Origin: a virus
Lineage: Duplodnaviria > Caudoviricetes
Direction: 5' to 3' (one strand)
DNA length: 35,486 bases
Virus record (IMG/VR): IMGVR_UViG_3300020043_002456
Location: 1-35,486 of that record
The translations under genes and the position numbers were made by a program. The notes beneath the pieces were generated by a model. It saw only the letters and a list, made by a program, of their open reading frames with translations, was not told the origin of the DNA and did not search any database. Position 1 is the first letter of the stretch. Each line of letters begins with the position of its first letter. Positions 34,672 through 35,486 of this stretch are shown piece after piece.

Positions 34672-35486
34672 AATATTCTACGTTCTAATTCAATTGTCTG
34701 CTTGCCACCTGCATCAACACTTACCTCTGTTGTTACTGACTTGATGAGGTACGTTCCTTTGCGTTCTGGGAACTTCCAACTGTCAACAATGGCATAATCA
34801 CCGGGTATCATTTTCGGTTCTAAAAACGTTTTAAAACTGCCATAATAACCTGTGTAATTCGCCTGCTCTAAAAACGAATTGCACTTAAGATCTAAATCGG
34901 CCTTCGTTCCACCGTATTGAAACACTGTGCGAATATCACCTGTTGGGTCACCATAAGTAAACTCCTCACGGTCATTGTTCTTAATCAATATACCTTTGAC
35001 TTGGACTTTAACATCATCTTTCTTTAAGTATGTCAACTCCATACCATCGTATATCATTTTCTCAAACAGAAACACGGCCGATTGCGCTGTATCTTTATAG
35101 AATGGCAAACCTACCTTTAAAACGCCATCGACAAAGAACGAATATAAACCATATTGGTCACGTAATACTTGCAACACCTTACCGATGCTTGCTCCTTGTA
35201 ACCTAAATTGTCCTAATTCAGCATTGATGGCCTTGAATGGTGTTGAGGTGTTTTCAAGCATTTTCTCTAAAAACGTGCGCAAATTAACCGACTTAAAAGT
35301 TAAGTTTGGTGCTATGGCCTGCTTCAACAAAAACATTTCATCTTCGCATAATAATTCAATAGGTACATTGTTGTTAATCTTTGCAATGTAACCTGTGAAT
35401 ATAACGGTTTCGTTTGGGTAATATGCGCCAATGATTGTAACCTTATCACCCCTGCGCATCTATGCCTTTGCGACCTCGTATTCGTT
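34668..35486 (-). CDS. Baseplate hub / late control D-like protein (3' part, second allele)
   Basis: FTGYIAKI, IELLCEDEMFLLK, GYYGSFKTF, GTYLIKSV; N-terminal 64 aa present only in copy at 945. Confidence 0.7.
34707..35486. repeat. Right copy of imperfect terminal direct repeat
   Basis: Aligns without gaps to 1-780. Confidence 0.95.

Noticed and set aside
473-35391. Plus-strand ORFs in the provided track
   Set aside because: Antisense shadows of well-supported minus-strand genes, without leaders or motifs
35460-35462. Hub pseudogene from TAG in right copy
   Set aside because: Lies in the last 30 nt where mismatches cluster; likely contig-end error, and the left copy has TTG
1-35486. Integrase, transposase or CI-type lysogeny module
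   Set aside because: No tyrosine/serine recombinase, DDE or repressor-peptidase motif recognised despite Mu-like head genes; a very divergent one cannot be excluded without HMM search

Overview
Apparently complete, circularly permuted genome (unit about 34,706 bp) of a small contractile-tailed phage, probably infecting Bacteroidota (repeated TAnnTTTG -7 promoter boxes, A-rich SD-less leaders). The ends (1-780 and 34707-35486) are two about 92%-identical alleles of the baseplate hub gene. Nearly all genes are on the minus strand: Mu-like head/neck genes (DUF935-type portal, MuF, gp36/gpG/gp37-like), ClpP-scaffold, capsid, sheath, tube, tape measure, baseplate, fibres, lysis genes, a VirE-type primase/helicase replication block and an early accessory region. 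No integrase, repressor or DNA polymerase was recognised. Main findings: (1) an integrase-less array of five integron-like cassettes (25313-28055). Each cassette's two ends are mutually complementary, the cargo genes are inverted relative to canonical cassettes, several translation starts lie inside the attC-like loops, and one cassette carries only a structured RNA. (2) The terminase large subunit is broken inside its Walker A motif by GGC-TGA-TT-GGC, directly after a roughly 20-bp hairpin, the layout expected for programmed ribosomal bypassing. Also present: a LAGLIDADG intein in MuF, a -1 frameshift in the tail chaperone, a lone plus-strand RHH regulator, two RNAP alpha-CTD mimics, and candidate regulatory RNAs. 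All family calls are by-eye motif recognition; no searches were run.
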